Counted from the first letter of the stretch, positions 52,384-63,410 are shown. The stretch: 64,000 bases of DNA from an uncultured delta proteobacterium (GCA_963761335.1 CAVXGR010000008.1:10635-74634), one strand, 5' to 3'. The notes: generated from the letters alone by a model not told the origin. A program made the numbers and translations.

Positions 52384-52400
52384 ATATGGGTGGCCCATAT
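52384..52400. promoter_or_regulatory. Palindrome overlapping the antitoxin start (likely autoregulatory operator)
   Basis: ATATGGG-TGG-CCCATAT. Confidence 0.55.
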
Positions 52401-52647
52401 GAAGACGACCATCGATATTGCCGACCCGCTCCTGCGCCGCGCCAAGCAGCTTGCGGCGCGGCGGCACACCACCCTGAAAGCGGTGATCGAGGAGGCTCTG
52501 CGTCGTTCTCTTGGAGAGGAATCGCGCGCCCGGCGACCGCCACGTCTGCGCACACACACCTTTGGCGGGCGCGGTCTGCAACCGGGCTTGTCCTGGGACG
52601 ACTGGAATACACTGCGGTCCCTTGCGTATGAGGAGCGCGGCGGGTGA
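52399..52647 (+). CDS. VapB-like RHH antitoxin
   Basis: MKTTIDIADPLLRRAK...TLKAVIEEALRR; GTGA overlap with PIN gene. Confidence 0.88.
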   Translation: MKTTIDIADPLLRRAKQLAARRHTTLKAVIEEALRRSLGEESRARRPPRLRTHTFGGRGLQPGLSWDDWNTLRSLAYEERGG

Positions 52648-53072
52648 TCGCCGTCGACACCAACCTCCTGCTGTACGCGCATCGCGAGGATTCTCCCTGG
52701 CATGAAGCGGCGGGCGAACGCCTCGGCGACCTGGCGCGCGGGCCATGGGCGATCCCGTGGCCCTGCATTCACGAGTTTATCGCCATTGCCACGCACCCGC
52801 GGGTCTTCGACCCACCGTCGCCCCTCGACGACGCGCTGAGCGCGGTCGACAGCTGGCGCCGCGTCGGTACCTTGTCTCTATTGCAGGAAGTCGACGGATA
52901 CTGGGAGGTGCTGGCTCCGCTGCTGCGGTCCTCCCGCGTCGCCGGTCCGAGAGTTCACGACGCTCGCATCGCCGCCCTGTGTATTCAACATGCGGTCACC
53001 GAGCTCTGGACTGCCGACCGCGATTTTTCCCGCTTCGGCGGCTTGAAGACTCGCAATCCGCTGGCTGGCTGA
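52644..53072 (+). CDS. VapC-like PIN-domain toxin
   Basis: IAVDTNLL, EF, HDARIAA, TADRDF. Confidence 0.92.
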   Translation: MIAVDTNLLLYAHREDSPWHEAAGERLGDLARGPWAIPWPCIHEFIAIATHPRVFDPPSPLDDALSAVDSWRRVGTLSLLQEVDGYWEVLAPLLRSSRVAGPRVHDARIAALCIQHAVTELWTADRDFSRFGGLKTRNPLAG

Positions 53073-53170
53073 GGGACAGGCCTCACGTACGAGGCTCGGC
53101 GCTCGTGCCGGCCGTCGAGCCCGGCGCCGCAACGTTTGTTCAGTCCCGTTACCGTGCTAAGCATCCCGCC

Positions 53171-53617
53171 ATGGACATCCAACAGATCTTCATGGCGTAT
53201 GCCGCGGACTTCGAGAAGACTTTTGTCGACGACGACTGGAGCCGCCTGCTGCCGTACTTCGCCGACGACGCGGTCTATGAGGTGAAGGCGACGTCGTTCG
53301 GGTGCCGCCTGGTCGGTCCACAGGCGATTCTCGCCGGCATGAAGAAGTCGCTCGACGGCTTCGACCGCAAGTTCAGTCGGCGCGATATCGACATCACCAG
53401 CGGCCCGGAGATCGACGGCGAGGAGATGCGCGTCGCTTGGCAGGTCACCTACACCAAGGACGGGCTGGCGCCGTTCGTCCTGCGCGGGCGATCGACGGCG
53501 CGTGCCCGCGACGGCAAGCTCGCCTACCTGTCCGACGCCTACGAGCCGAGCGTCGAGGCCGAGTTTGCCGCCTGGCAGCGCCACAACGGCCTCGAGCTGA
53601 ACCCCGCTTACGTCTAG
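53171..53617 (+). CDS. NTF2/SnoaL-like protein
   Basis: YFADDAVYE...G..AI, RDGKLAYLSD. Confidence 0.8.
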   Translation: MDIQQIFMAYAADFEKTFVDDDWSRLLPYFADDAVYEVKATSFGCRLVGPQAILAGMKKSLDGFDRKFSRRDIDITSGPEIDGEEMRVAWQVTYTKDGLAPFVLRGRSTARARDGKLAYLSDAYEPSVEAEFAAWQRHNGLELNPAYV

Positions 53618-53651
53618 CCGAGGGAACGGGGTTGGACAGTCTCGAGAAGAG

Positions 53652-54302
53652 ATGACGCAGCGCTGCGCCTGGGCGGGCGAGGACCCACTCTACATCGCCT
53701 ACCACGACGAGGAGTGGGGCGTGCCCGTGCACGACGACCGCCGGCTGTTCGAGTTCCTGGTGCTCGAGGGAGCCCAGGCGGGCCTGAGCTGGATCACCAT
53801 TTTGCGCAAGCGCGAAGCCTATCGGAAGGCGTTCGCGCGTTTCGATCCGCGGCGGGTGGCGCGCTTCGGTGAGGCCGATGTCGCACGGCTTCTCGCCGAC
53901 GCGGGAATCGTTCGCAACCGCCTCAAGATCGCGGCCGCGCTCCAGAACGCGCGCGCCTTTCTGGAGGTGCAGCGCGAGATGGGAAGCTTTGGCGCCCTCA
54001 TGTGGTCGTTCGTCGGTGGCAAGCCGATCCAGAATCGCTGGCGCCGCATCGGCGAGGTGCCGGCGAAGACGCCCGAAGCCGAGGCGATGAGCAAGGAGCT
54101 GCGCCGCCGCGGCTTCAGCTTCGTCGGGCCGACGATCTGCTACGCGCACATGCAGGCGGTGGGGATGGTGAACGACCACCTGGTGAGCTGCTTCCGCCAC
54201 GCCGAGCTCGGCGGCGGCGGAAGCCGGGCCGGCGCGGCGGGGGCTACAGCATCTTCACCAGCGCCACCAGATCGGCGGCGCCCACCGAATCGTCGCCGTT
54301 GA
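53652..54302 (+). CDS. tag: DNA-3-methyladenine glycosylase I
   Basis: RCAW, YHDEEWG, EGAQAGLSW, GMVNDHL..C. Confidence 0.95.
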   Translation: MTQRCAWAGEDPLYIAYHDEEWGVPVHDDRRLFEFLVLEGAQAGLSWITILRKREAYRKAFARFDPRRVARFGEADVARLLADAGIVRNRLKIAAALQNARAFLEVQREMGSFGALMWSFVGGKPIQNRWRRIGEVPAKTPEAEAMSKELRRRGFSFVGPTICYAHMQAVGMVNDHLVSCFRHAELGGGGSRAGAAGATASSPAPPDRRRPPNRRR

Positions 54303-56637
54303 CGTCGGCGGCGGGAATCGCGTCGGCGGCGAAGAGAGAGGCGATGGCGTCGGGGAGGTCGCTCTCGTCTACCGTGCCGTCGCCGTTGGTGTCACCGGGT
54401 ACGACCACGCGCACTCGATAATCCTCGACCTCGCCATCTTCGGCGGCTCCGTCGAAGGACAGGCCGCCGGCGCTGCTGAAGCGAAAGCGAGCGAAGGTGA
54501 GGCCCGGCTCGGCGTCCCCCGGGACAGTCAGGTTGAGGGCGTTGTTTCCCGCCTCGAGCGCCAGGCTCGCGAAGATCTGCTCGCCGGCATCGGCCCAGTC
54601 GCCGTCGCGGTTGAAGTCGATCCAGGCGTCGAGCTTCCCTTGCTGCGAGGCGATGACCTCGATCGCCGCGCTCTCACCTCGCCGCAGCGCCGCAGGTACC
54701 GACACGCCGTCCTCGTCGTCCGGATCGCCGAGGTCGTCGCCGTCGGCGGCGATGCTCCGCTGCCCCTCTTCCTCGGCGTCGACGAACTGGCCGAGGAAGA
54801 AGCCGGCGACAATGGCGTGGCGGGCGCCGTCGCTCTCCAGCAGGGTCGGATAGCCGGGCGTGGGGATGCTCGGGTCGCCGATACCGTCTGGTGCATCGCC
54901 GAAATCGAGCCCCTTCGTCGGCGTGCCACTCATCGGCGGGGGCGGAGTCGGCGTCGAAACGCTGGTGGGGGTCGCCGTGGGTGTGGGAGTGGTCGTGCGG
55001 GTGTGGGTGAGCACGGCGCTCGGCGTCGGCGAGGGTGTGGCGGTCGATGTTGCCGCGCTGGTTTCGCTCGGCGTCGGTGTCGCCGCCGCAGTGCCGGCGC
55101 GCGCCAGAGCGAGCGCGAACCCCGTCTGCAGACCGACGGAGAAGACCAGATCGCCGCGATCGTTGAAGTGCGTCGGCAAGCCGTCGGCTCCCGTCGTGGA
55201 GCGCCCACCCAGCTGAATGTTGCCGAAGGCGGAGTTGCGCACGTTCAGGTAGAGGATGCCCTTTGAGTCGATGGCCTGGCCGGTGCGCGCCACCAGCGAT
55301 AGATCCTGCGCATCGCCCGCCCACAGCCCGGTGCCGTTGAAGAAGGTCACCGCCGGCCCCGCCAGGGTCGCCGTGAAGGCGACCTGGCCGTTGCTGTTCG
55401 CCACCAGGTCCGCTGGGCTCGAGGCCCCGGGAGCGCGCGAGTTGCCAATCTGCGCGAAGACCGTGTCCACCTCGGTCCCTGGCGCCGGATCGCCCTCCAG
55501 GGCGACCTTCTCGAAACCTGCGGCCCCTTCGATCCACACGCCGATCTTGAAGTCGGCGCCGTTCGACACCCGCGCCAGCAGCGCCAGTCTGCCGTCGTCG
55601 AGCAGGACGTCCCCGGCGCCGAACTTCGGATCCTCCACCAGCGTGTAGCCGGGTGGGCCGGGGAGCGCGGTGCCGACCGGGACGCGATTCGAGCAGCTCT
55701 CGCTGCACACGTAGACACCTCGAGCCTCCGGCAGCCCGCCGAAGAAGGCCACCTCGCCGGCGGCGTTGATGGTCAAGCCGCGCACCATGAAGTCGTCGAA
55801 GTTGCCGGTGAGCTCGTTCATGAGGATCTCGATGCCCCCGGCGGCGGTGTGGCGGTACAGGACCTTGCGGGTCAGTCCACTGTTGGTGAAGGCGATGAAG
55901 GCGACGTCGCCAGCGGCGTTGATCACCGGCCCGTCGTCGAAGACGTCGGAGTTGGCGCTGAAACGTCCGGCGCGGATGTTGCCGAGCAGTGGCAGGTCGG
56001 AGCCCTCTTCGGCCAATACGTCGATCTGGCCAGCGGCGGGACCCGCGATCCACACGCTCGAGAAGGAAGGTTCGGCGAACGAGGTCGGAGCCTCCGCGGC
56101 GATCCGGCCTCCGTTGAACGGAAAGACTCCGGTGGCACCGGACACGGATCCCGGCAGATTGACGCCCTCGCGTACGAGAATCTCGAGGCCCGTGTCTCCC
56201 TCGACGAAGACCGCCGAGTTGTTGGAGCTGGTGACGCCCTCACCCGCCAGCTCGCTCTGGAGAGAGATGCGCCCCTCCTTGTCCATGTTCAGCAGAACGA
56301 GATCGCCGGAGAACGAGACACCTGGAAGTGCCGGCACCTCGCTGCCGATGACGGCCAAGGGCTGCAGCGCCGCGGGGGGATCGGCGCTGGACTCCATCAC
56401 CCAGACGCCGGAGGAGCCGCCCGCCAGCAGGCCGTGGAAGGCGATTCGCCCGTCATTGCTGACAAATGCCTGGCCGTGATCGAAGCCGGTGAAGGTATTT
56501 CCACCGGTTCCCGGCGCTATTTCCCCGGGGGCGACGATCACGATCTTCTGGTAGTCCGCGTCAGTCGTTCCCGGCACGGCCGCGGCGGAAACGACGAAAA
56601 GCCCTCCCAGGACGCTGCGAATCCATCGTGAGGTCAC
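54244..56637 (-). CDS. Secreted protein: NxxGxxAF repeats, PT linker, GEVED domain, dockerin-like C-terminus, 797 aa
   Basis: NAAGDVAF/NAAGEVAF/NSNGQVAF, DFGDAP, WIDFNRDGDW, GEVEDY, GDTNGDG...DVNGDD. Confidence 0.88.
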   Translation of the reverse strand: MTSRWIRSVLGGLFVVSAAAVPGTTDADYQKIVIVAPGEIAPGTGGNTFTGFDHGQAFVSNDGRIAFHGLLAGGSSGVWVMESSADPPAALQPLAVIGSEVPALPGVSFSGDLVLLNMDKEGRISLQSELAGEGVTSSNNSAVFVEGDTGLEILVREGVNLPGSVSGATGVFPFNGGRIAAEAPTSFAEPSFSSVWIAGPAAGQIDVLAEEGSDLPLLGNIRAGRFSANSDVFDDGPVINAAGDVAFIAFTNSGLTRKVLYRHTAAGGIEILMNELTGNFDDFMVRGLTINAAGEVAFFGGLPEARGVYVCSESCSNRVPVGTALPGPPGYTLVEDPKFGAGDVLLDDGRLALLARVSNGADFKIGVWIEGAAGFEKVALEGDPAPGTEVDTVFAQIGNSRAPGASSPADLVANSNGQVAFTATLAGPAVTFFNGTGLWAGDAQDLSLVARTGQAIDSKGILYLNVRNSAFGNIQLGGRSTTGADGLPTHFNDRGDLVFSVGLQTGFALALARAGTAAATPTPSETSAATSTATPSPTPSAVLTHTRTTTPTPTATPTSVSTPTPPPPMSGTPTKGLDFGDAPDGIGDPSIPTPGYPTLLESDGARHAIVAGFFLGQFVDAEEEGQRSIAADGDDLGDPDDEDGVSVPAALRRGESAAIEVIASQQGKLDAWIDFNRDGDWADAGEQIFASLALEAGNNALNLTVPGDAEPGLTFARFRFSSAGGLSFDGAAEDGEVEDYRVRVVVPGDTNGDGTVDESDLPDAIASLFAADAIPAADVNGDDSVGAADLVALVKML

Positions 56638-56763
56638 CGTTTCACCTCCTGCGGGTGGATTGCCACGAGTGCGGCGTTGCCCGGACCATAGTGGACAGCG
56701 CCTGCGAGGTGCAAGTCGCACCCCGATCTTTGTCGGCAATCCGCGAGGCCCGAGCCTTGACTT

Positions 56764-56792
56764 CGAAAAGGGAATATAAAATTCCCTTTTCG
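56764..56792. promoter_or_regulatory. Perfect 12-bp inverted repeat, candidate operator
   Basis: CGAAAAGGGAAT-ATAAA-ATTCCCTTTTCG next to TTGACT in a divergent intergenic region. Confidence 0.6.
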
Positions 56793-57023
56793 TGTCGCAG
56801 TGCGACGGGCCCATCCGGAATTCGCGATGACTGCCATTCGGCGCAGGGTGCTGATGCGCATCTATCGGTCTTTCCTCGCCTCCATCGCCTCCATCGCCTC
56901 CATCCTCGCAGAGGAGGCCAAGGCGCCGTCCCTGCGCGAGGCGACGGAGCACCGCGCGGCCTACCACTTGGCGGGCCGGCGCACCTTCTTCGCGGCGCGC
57001 GTCGCTGCCCGGGGAGGGAGAGG

Positions 57024-58385
57024 GTGACCGATCTGAGCCGACCTCCTTCGTTTCGCACGCTGCTCTCCCGTGTCATCGACTCGCCCGAGCTGGTGCGAGC
57101 CGTGCGGGCGCTTCCCGTGCAGGCATTCTCGGAGCTCGTGCGACAGGTGGGCGTCGAGGACGCCGGCGAGCTCGTCGCCCTGGCGACGGTGGAGCAGCTG
57201 CTTGCCGCCTTCGACGAGGACCTCTTCGCCAATAGCGAGCCGGGGGAGCGCGAGGTCTTCGACCCGCGGCGGTTTCTCACCTGGCTGGAGGTTCTCCTCG
57301 AGGCCGGCGAGGCGCAGGCGGCCGAACGCATGGCCGCACTTTCCGAGGACTTCGTGGTTCACGCCTTCTCGAGCGCCGTCCTCGTCCTCGATTGTCACGC
57401 CCTTTCCGCGCGGATGCAGGAGGATGATCCGTATGCGGATGTTGCGGACAAGCTCCTCGAGTCCGCCTTGAGTGAGGAGATCGACGGGTACCTGCTGGTC
57501 GCACGAGTGGAGGATGGCTGGGATGCCCTGCTGACTCTCGTTCTGGCGCTCGACCGCGATCATCGCGCCTTCCTGACTCGAGTTCTCGACCGCTGCGCGG
57601 CTCTTGCCAGTGAGTACATCGACGACCTCGAGGCGCTCAGCGAGCTGCTGTCATCGGCGGACTCGCTCGCCGAGGACGTCGAGGCCGAGCGCGAGGAGCG
57701 GCGCAGTCGCCTCGGCTTCGTCGAGCCGCGCGCCGCCAGGAGCTTTCTCTCTCTGGCAAGGATGCCGCTGAGCGCCGGGGCTGCTGCCGACGCCAGGGAC
57801 ATCGTCACGAAGGCACATCTTCGCCAGCTCGCTCCGAGCGGCGCCGGCCCGAGCGCCCCGCCCGACGCGGATGACGGGCTGCGGCACGCGCTCGAAAGCG
57901 CGCGCGTCGCGCCCCCGCTGGCGATCTCTTCCGACTCTGCTCTGCAGGGCGACCCCACCGATTACCTCGCCGGGCCGATCGCCGCGGCGCTCAGGGATCT
58001 GGGCGCGGAGAGGCCGGATCTGTTTGCGGCGCGCATGGAGGAGCTCGCCTACCTCGCCAACGTTCTCCTCGCCGGTGCCGCTGTCGGCGGCCGGCGGCTG
58101 CGCCCGGTGGAAGCGGCGGAGGCCGCCGTTGCCACCGTCGCCCTCGGGGCGGAGATCGAGGCGCTATCGAGGCGTGGAGACAGCGCGCCCGCGTCGACGC
58201 CGGCTGCCGCCGTGGACGAGCTGCGCGCCGCGCTCGAGGAATGCCCCGCCGACCTTCTCTTTCGTCGGGCCAGCAGCACCCTGGTCGGGCGGGAGCCGGC
58301 AGCCGAGTCTGTCGGATTCGTGCGCTCTCGCCGAGAGCTGCAGCAGCTGCTCGAGTCGGCCTTTCTTTTTGCCCGCCGACGTTGA
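57024..58385 (+). CDS. Conserved hypothetical protein, DUF6178-like
   Basis: VGVEDAGELVALAT.EQL...FDEDLF...RF..WLEVLLE, REERR...GFV, EELAYLANVL. Confidence 0.75.
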   Translation: MTDLSRPPSFRTLLSRVIDSPELVRAVRALPVQAFSELVRQVGVEDAGELVALATVEQLLAAFDEDLFANSEPGEREVFDPRRFLTWLEVLLEAGEAQAAERMAALSEDFVVHAFSSAVLVLDCHALSARMQEDDPYADVADKLLESALSEEIDGYLLVARVEDGWDALLTLVLALDRDHRAFLTRVLDRCAALASEYIDDLEALSELLSSADSLAEDVEAEREERRSRLGFVEPRAARSFLSLARMPLSAGAAADARDIVTKAHLRQLAPSGAGPSAPPDADDGLRHALESARVAPPLAISSDSALQGDPTDYLAGPIAAALRDLGAERPDLFAARMEELAYLANVLLAGAAVGGRRLRPVEAAEAAVATVALGAEIEALSRRGDSAPASTPAAAVDELRAALEECPADLLFRRASSTLVGREPAAESVGFVRSRRELQQLLESAFLFARRR

Positions 58386-58450
58386 CGCAGTCGTCGGCGG
58401 CGCGTTAGCGTCCTCTCGGCCGCAATCGCGGCGAAGGAAGGGAGTGATCC

Positions 58451-60176
58451 ATGGGTGAGATCAGCGTCGGAGAGCTGCTGGTGCGCTGTCTGAAGGCGGA
58501 GGGCGTCGAGGCGATGACCGGGATCATCGATGGTGCCCACATCCCGATCGTCGTCCATCTGCCGGAGTACGGCATCCGCTACGTCAACGCTCATCACGAG
58601 GAGGCGGCGGTGCACATCGCCGAGGGCTACGCGCGCATCGCGCGGAAGCCGGGAGTGGTTCTGGGAAATCCCGCGTGCGGCACCGGCAACATGCTGGCCG
58701 GCGTGGTCAGCGCCCATGGCGAGGGCCATCCGCTGGTGGCGATCGCGACGACGCGGGCGCGGATCAAGACCGATCCGAACCGGGGAGGCGCGTGGCAGGC
58801 CGCCGACACCGAGAACATGGCTCGACCGATCACCAAGTACGCGGCGACGGTGCGGCAGTGGGAGCGGCTGCCCGAGATGATGCGCGCCGCCTTTCGCGCC
58901 GCGATGACGGGGCGACCGGGGCCGGCGTACATCGCCATTCCCGACGACGTGCTGGCGATGACCATCGAGGAGAGCAGGCTGCCGCCGATCTATCCGGCAC
59001 ACCGTTATCGGGTGACCCACATGGGCGCCGGCGATCCGGCCGCGATCGCCCGGGCGGCGGAGCTGCTGGCGGGCGCCAAACGGCCCTATATCCACGCCGG
59101 CAAGGGCGTGCTCTGGGCCGACGGTGCCGCCGAGCTGCGGGCTCTCGGCGACCATCTCGGCGCCGCCATGAGCTGCAGCCTCGGGGCGCGCGGCACCATC
59201 CCGGAAGACCACCCGCACTACTTCCACTCGTACGACATGGGAGGCGCGGGGATGGCGCGCAACCAGGCCGACGTGTTGCTGGTAGTGGGTTGCCGGCTGG
59301 GCGAGTACGACGGCTGGGGTATGCCGCCGCTCTGGGGCGATCCGTCGAAGCAGAGGACCATCCAGATCGACGCCGATCCGCTGTCGATTGGTCTCAATCG
59401 GCCCGTCGATCTCCCCATCGTCGCCGACGCCAAGGCGGCGCTCGCTGCGCTCCTCGGCGCGGTCGGCGAGCAAGTCGGCGCCGCGCCGCGAGATCGCCGA
59501 TCTCGCCAAGTATCGCGAGCAGAGCGCCCCGACGATGATGCAGGGGATGGAGTACCTCGGCAAGGAAGGGAAGACGGGCGTGAACCCGGGACAGATGGTG
59601 ATGACCGTGCGGCAGTTCTTCCCACCCGAGGCGATCACCGTCCTCGACGGCGGCAACACCACTCTGATCGGCGTCGCCTACCACCCGATCCTCTCGTCGC
59701 CGAGCTTCCTCTACTCGGTGAAGATGGGCTACCTCGGCACCGGTTTGCCGTTCGCACTGGGAGCCAAGCTCGCCGCTCCGCAGCGGCCGGTGTGCCTGAT
59801 CAGCGGCGACGGCGCCATGGGATTCAACATCATGGAGCTGGAGACGGCGGTGCGGGAGAGCCTGCCGATCGTGGTGATTGTCGCCGTCGACGATGCCTGG
59901 GGCATGGAGAAGACCGCCTTCGTCGCCCAGGGCCTCGGCCCGAAGGACTGGGAGAATCGCGGCATCGACCTGGGCAAGGTGCGCTACGAGGGCGTCGCCG
60001 AGATGATGGGTTGCCACGGAGAGCGGGTCGAGCGCATCGAGCAGCTGGCTCCGGCCCTGGAGCGGGCGCTGGCCTCCGGCAAGCCGGCGCTCATCCACGT
60101 GCAGGTGGACGCCGAGCTCAACACCAAGCCGCCGGGCTGGGAGCAGTTCCGCAAGGCGCGCACCCTCGCCGGATGA
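58451..60176 (+). CDS. TPP-binding enzyme (acetolactate synthase-like) with a frameshift near 59480
   Basis: HHEEAA and GRPGP in the first frame; GYLGTGLP and GDGAMGF in the second frame ending at 60176. Confidence 0.85.
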
Positions 60177-60197
60177 GCGGGCGACGCCGCGGGCGTT

Positions 60198-60275
60198 GTC
60201 AGAGCGAATGGAAAACGACGGGATCGCAGAACCGGGAATGAGAATGAGAACCGGCGCTCCTTGGTCGCCTGCGCA
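60198..60275. repeat. Family A element, right arm only
   Basis: GTCAGAGCGAATGGAAAACGACGGGAT..AGAACCGGGAATGAGAATGAGAA. Confidence 0.82.
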
Positions 60276-60312
60276 CCCGAGGTCGCAGAAGACCGTGAGA
60301 TAGACGCGCGAG

Positions 60313-62113
60313 TCAGCTCTTGCCGGCGTAGCGCAGCACCTTCTCCGGCTTGTCCCGGATACACCAGGTTGCCCGCCATGCGCAGCGCCGCGGCGATGAT
60401 CGTCGGCGTGGGGTTGTAGCCGGAGCCGGTCGGGAACACGCCGCCGTCGGCGCAGTAGAGATTCTCGACGTCGTGGAGCTTGCCGTACCCGTCACATACC
60501 GACGACGCTGGGTCGGTCCCCATCCGCAGGCCACCCATGATGTGCCGCGACACCGACGGGACTGAGGAATCGCTGGGCTGCTTCACGCCGTACTCCGCTC
60601 CCGCCGCCTCCAGGATCTGCAGCATCTTGGGGAGGTAGACGGCGGCGTAGTCGAGCTCGAAGCGGTGGTTGGAGTAGGTGATGCGCGGCACCTGGAGACC
60701 GAAGACGTCGCGCAGGTTGGGATCGAGATCGATGCGGTTGGTCGGCTGCGGCGCGTCCTCGCCCATCATCGAGAGGACGCCGATGTGCGCTTGGAAAGGG
60801 CTCTCGACCAGGAGGTCCTTGAAAGTGACGCCGACGGCCTCGGCGATGGGCAGGGCGTCCAGGCCTTCGGCGGCCGACAGCATCGGCTCCGACGAGGTGC
60901 CGAACTCGACGATGCCGCCGAGGGGAAGATCGGGTCGCAGCGACTCGCCGCCCTCTTCGACGCCGCGGAAGTCGCTCATTCCATTGGTGACCGAGCGCCC
61001 GCGCTCGCCGTGCAGGCGCTGGCGGAAGAAGCCGGCGACGGTGGGCTGAAAGTGGAACATCAGGTGACGGCCGAGATGCCCGCTGGAGTTGCCGATCCCC
61101 GGCTTGTCCGGATCCGGATCGGGATCGGAGAGAAAGCACAGGCGGGCGCTCTCGATCGGGCTGGCGGCGAGGATGAAGTGATCGGCGGTCGCCGACTGCA
61201 GCCCGCCGTCGGGCCCGAAGTACTCGACCCCGGTGACCCGATCCTTGCCCGGGTTCAGGAGCAGGCGCGCGACGTGGCAGTTGTAGCGCAGCTGGCAGTT
61301 GCCGGTGAGCAGCGCTCGACGCAGAGTGGTGACCGCGGGTGAGCCCTTGGCGTGGCGCGGGCAGCCGAAGTGAGAGCAGAAGCCGCAGCTGACGCACGCC
61401 GAGCGGTGATCGCCGGGCAGGAGGCCTTCGCGGGTGACGACGGCGGACGGGTAGTTGAACGGATGGTAGCCGAGCCGGTTGGCGCCGTTGGAGAGAACCC
61501 GGCCGACGTACATTTCCTCCTGCGGCGGCAGCGGGAACGGCATGCTGCGCCAGGAGGCGAAGGGATCGGAGCCCGTGCCGTCGCTGGCCCCCGCGATTCC
61601 CGAGAGGACGTCGGTCTCGCAGTAGAACGGCTCGAGGTCGGCATAGGTGAACGGCCAGTCCGCAAAGCTGGTTCCCGGGAACTCGCGCCCGGCGTCCTTC
61701 AGTGCGGTGGCGAGCCGGAAGTCGATGACGTTGTAGCGCGGATAGCTGACGCTGGAGATCACCGCCGCGCCGCCGACGTTGCGGGTCAGGACGTTCACGT
61801 CCGGGTGCGGGCGCGCCGTGTCGGTCTCCTTCTGGCGGAAGGTGCGCGGCTCGACCACGGGGTCCTGCATCACCAGACCGCGCACCGGCATCTTCAGCTC
61901 GTCGTTGCTGAAGTCCGGCCACGGAATGCGGCCCGGCTGATCGAGCCCGGGAAAGTAGTTGTTCCCCGACTCGAGGACCAGGACCTTCAAGCCTTCCTGC
62001 GCCAGCACGTGCGCCGCCGCCGAGCCGCCGGCGCCGCTGCCGATGACGAGCGCATCGAAGGTGGCGAGGCTGCGGTTGCCGAGGACGCAGTCGCCGCTGT
62101 CTCCGGTGCTCAT
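60313..62113 (-). CDS. GMC-family flavoprotein oxidoreductase, catalytic subunit; probable frameshift near 60355
   Basis: IGSGAGG, CVSCGFCSHFGC, HIMGGLRMG, NPTPTI; removing one G gives a terminus YPDKPEKVLRYAGKS*. Confidence 0.88.
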
Positions 62114-63298
62114 TCGTTCACCTCGAAGCAGTAGGGCTCTGCGAAAGCCCCGCCTCCGGTGACCCCGCTGATCAGACCGAGAAATTGCTTCATCTTGTCG
62201 CTGAAGCCACTGCAGTCCTCGTCCGGGTTCGGTCCCGAGTTCGGCTTGTCGGGTCGTTCCCTGTAGGAGCCGGGAGCGCTCTCGTCGTAGATCTCGTAGC
62301 CGAGCGGCTGGCTGTCTCCGTCGAAGCCCGCCAGCGTCCAGCCGCTCCGCTCGCGGTTGCCGCCGTATGTCGGATCGGACAGGGTACCCTGGATGACGTG
62401 CCGGTAGAGGAGGTCGGAAGCGGCGCTGGCCTTCTGCAGGACCTGCTTCCGCTGCGCCGGGGTCAGCTCGACGAAGGACGCGTTGTAGGGAGGAGCCTGG
62501 CTGAGCGTCTCGAGCTGGGCGAGCTGCTCGCGATAGCGCTGGCGGAGGTTCACCTCGGGGAGCGTCTCGATGAAAGCGACCAGGGCCGAGTTCGCCGCGA
62601 TCTCCGGCACCGCTTGCGAGCCGAGAATCCGCACCTTCCAGCTGAGAGCTTGGAGGCGATTCATCGGCAGGAACTCGCGAAAGGCGTTGGGGGGATAGAC
62701 TTCGTTTGTCGCCACCGCGACCAGTGGAGCGCTGCGGGCCGGCGGGTTGGCGCCGTGGCACTCGCTGCAAGGTGTGCCGCCGATCGGGAAGTGGGGCTGC
62801 GGGTTACGGCCGCTGAAGGGCCCGCCGGCGAAGGCCGGGCGGGCGTGAAAGGCCGCCGCCTCGGCGGCGGGAACGTCGGCGGCGTCCACCACTAGGTCGC
62901 CGTTGACGTCGCCGCCCTGCGGTGCAGCCGAGGGAATGGCCGAGGGCCTTGGCCTCCACGGCGATCAGATCCGCGGCGCCGACGTAGCGATCGCAGTTGG
63001 CGTCGCTGCCCGGCAGAAAGCTCAGCAGGCTCTGGATGTAGTCGGCGACGCCGATCTCCTTGGCCCCGGGCAGATAACGGTCGCTGGGCAGGATCGTCTC
63101 GACGGCCGCCTCGAGGATGGCGCGCTCGTCGGCGGTGAGGAAGCCGTAGAGGCCGGGATCCGGCGCCTCCGGGGCCGCGGCGATGCGGGCCAGCAGGGTC
63201 GGGCGCAGAGCCAGCGTGCCGGTGGCGGCCGCCATGAGCTGCAGCAGGCGGCGCCGGCTGAGGATCAACGAGTGCCGAGGATCGACGCGTTCGGACAT
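62110..63298 (-). CDS. Gluconate-2-dehydrogenase subunit-3-like Tat protein with dockerin-like insert and CxxCH; frameshift near 62923
   Basis: SRRRLL, PGAKEIGVADYI, DPTYGGN...GW..AGF; SDANCD...DVNGD; CSECH. Confidence 0.8.
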
Positions 63299-63410
63299 GG
63301 CGGACTCCCGACGCGAAGGAGCAGTCCAGGCCTTCGCGTAGGCCAGGCTTTAGTCGAGCCGCGGCGGAGCTGTCAACAAACTGGACGGTGGTTGCTGTGG
63401 ATGGCCGATG

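Noticed and set aside
59470..59500. Programmed ribosomal frameshift in the TPP enzyme
   Set aside because: No slippery heptamer, and neighbouring genes have similar breaks
59984..62770. 928-aa GMC ORF as given in the track
   Set aside because: The N-terminal extension overlaps the small-subunit gene and the C-terminal extension runs through a repeat into the convergent gene; 62113 to about 60313 is more plausible
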